A stretch of 63,895 nucleotides of DNA, the filler included, from Perkinsus olseni (lineage: Eukaryota): assembly GCA_013115125.1 (NCBI GenBank). It is 7 parts of 7 records of this genome, joined end to end, with 100 filler letters (N's around TTAATTAATTAA, not from the genome) between each part and the next. Parts side by side here need not be neighbours in the genome. Positions count along the whole stretch, not along the records: positions 60,966 to 63,895 come from JABANN010001476.1; 6 more parts are not named here. One strand, 5' to 3'. The notes beneath the pieces were generated by a model that did no database searches, was not told the origin of the DNA, and saw only the letters and a list, made by a program, of their open reading frames with translations. The position numbers and the translations under genes were made by a program. How positions within the stretch are numbered: position 1 is the first letter of the stretch; each line of letters begins with the position of its first letter. Shown here piece by piece: positions 62,721-63,895 of this stretch.

Positions 62721-63435
62721 TTATAAGTATAATAATATTGATATTATAATATATAATACTTCTATTAAATGATAATAGATATTTATATTTATATAATAAT
62801 TATTTATATTTTTATAATTTACATAATTATATACTACTATTAATATTATACTATAATATATATGTATATAATGTAATAATATAATATAGAAATAACTAGT
62901 CATATATACACTATCATTTGTATAATTACTATTATTTTTGTATTCTAATATAATTTTATTATTAAACATATAATTATTATAATATATTAAATAACTTAAT
63001 ATATATTTATAATATGATAATATATAGTTATAATATTTTATATTTACAATTGTGGATAATAATGTTAATAATATAATATTATTATATACTATGTTATAAG
63101 AATTTAATATTAATATATTTACATGATAATAATTTATATAATTATGATAATATATTCAGTAGAAACTTACAAATAATAATATTTCATTACTAATAATTAT
63201 TACTACTATCCATAATAATATTTTATAATCTAATACATTTAAATTTAACATATCTAATATATTATATTTCATTCATATATTAATATTTATTAATAATAAG
63301 TTACTATTATATACTGATATTATATTGCTATTATTATATATATATATTGATATTATTACAGTTATTATTATACCTAATATAGTTATAATTGATAATGTTT
63401 ATATTTAATTCAAATGTATTATTGTTATATATTAT
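62721..63435 (-). CDS. cox3: Cytochrome c oxidase subunit 3 (mitochondrial, highly divergent; TGA=Trp; candidate +1 frameshift at AGGT 63375-63372; start uncertain)
   Basis: Hand translation is open from 63398 to TAA at 62721 apart from two TGA codons (63275-63273 and 63158-63156). Motifs ISNEILLFVSFYWIYYH (cf. LSEVxFFxSFFWAFFH), NDSVYMTSYFYIILLHYIH (cf. DSVYGSTFFxxTGFHGLH) and YYHLIEVLY (cf. YWHFVDVVW). Confidence 0.88.
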
Positions 63436-63779
63436 ATGTTATTATTTTGATTATTATTACTATTGTTATGAATACTTTTTATTGTTATTCTTTAATATTA
63501 ATTATTATAGTATTATATCATATATTAGTTTATGGCTGGAATTATATAATATAATATAATTTATTAATGATAATAATATTAGTTTAAATCCTATATATAA
63601 TATCTATAACTAATAATAAATAGAATATTAGATTAAAATAAATATATTTATAATAATAGATAGATATATAATATAATATTAATATTTACATTACATATAA
63701 TTATATAATAGTATATAGATTTATAGATATATCAATATTAAGGCCATATAATAGATTATACCTTGATATAGTATTATTA

Positions 63780-63832
63780 ACCCACCAGTTATTGTATTAT
63801 ATATTAATTTATTATTATTTGTACTGGTGGGT
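63780..63832. repeat. GC-clamped inverted repeat
   Basis: ACCCACCAGT ...33 nt... ACTGGTGGGT. Confidence 0.85.
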
Positions 63833-63895
63833 ATATCTGTATTAACCTATATTTAATGGTGTCTATAGGTATCAGTATAATATTAATAAAGGGTA

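Larger units (their letters stand above)
60966..63895. other. Mitochondrial DNA contig carrying cox3
   Basis: Very AT-rich; encodes cox3 with TGA=Trp. Confidence 0.9.

Noticed and set aside
56484-63832. Mitochondrial hairpins as armless frameshift-suppressor tRNAs
   Set aside because: The loops are almost pure A/T with no convincing anticodon arm or Gly/Pro anticodon, and the stems start with the C-rich arm, unlike typical acceptor stems.

Overview
This window is seven unrelated contigs, sorted by descending length and joined by artificial 100-nt N/TTAATTAATTAA linkers, so it is not one locus. The source is a eukaryote, most likely a Perkinsus-type (perkinsozoan) alveolate; this is inferred from gene content, short GT-AG introns and mitochondrial features. 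Contigs 1-5 are nuclear. They carry a disrupted S41-like secreted protein, three tandem AAAP amino-acid transporters, a methyltransferase, a serpin, two tandem NFU1 paralogues, RRP7, a NUDT19-like Nudix hydrolase, GCN5, an SPFH/band-7 protein, RPS25, an ARGLU1-like gene, a full-length pyruvate:NADP+ oxidoreductase (PNO), a partial ABCB transporter, a receiver-domain/degenerate-cyclase gene and the 3' part of an LTR retrotransposon. Contigs 6-7 (56413-63895) are extremely AT-rich mitochondrial DNA. They hold a cryptic cox3 that needs TGA=Trp and has a candidate programmed +1 frameshift at AGGT, a fragmented LSU rRNA piece (LSUG-like), and a family of dispersed GC-clamped stem-loops with near-constant loop length. 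All calls come from manual motif reading and hand translation; no database searches were run.
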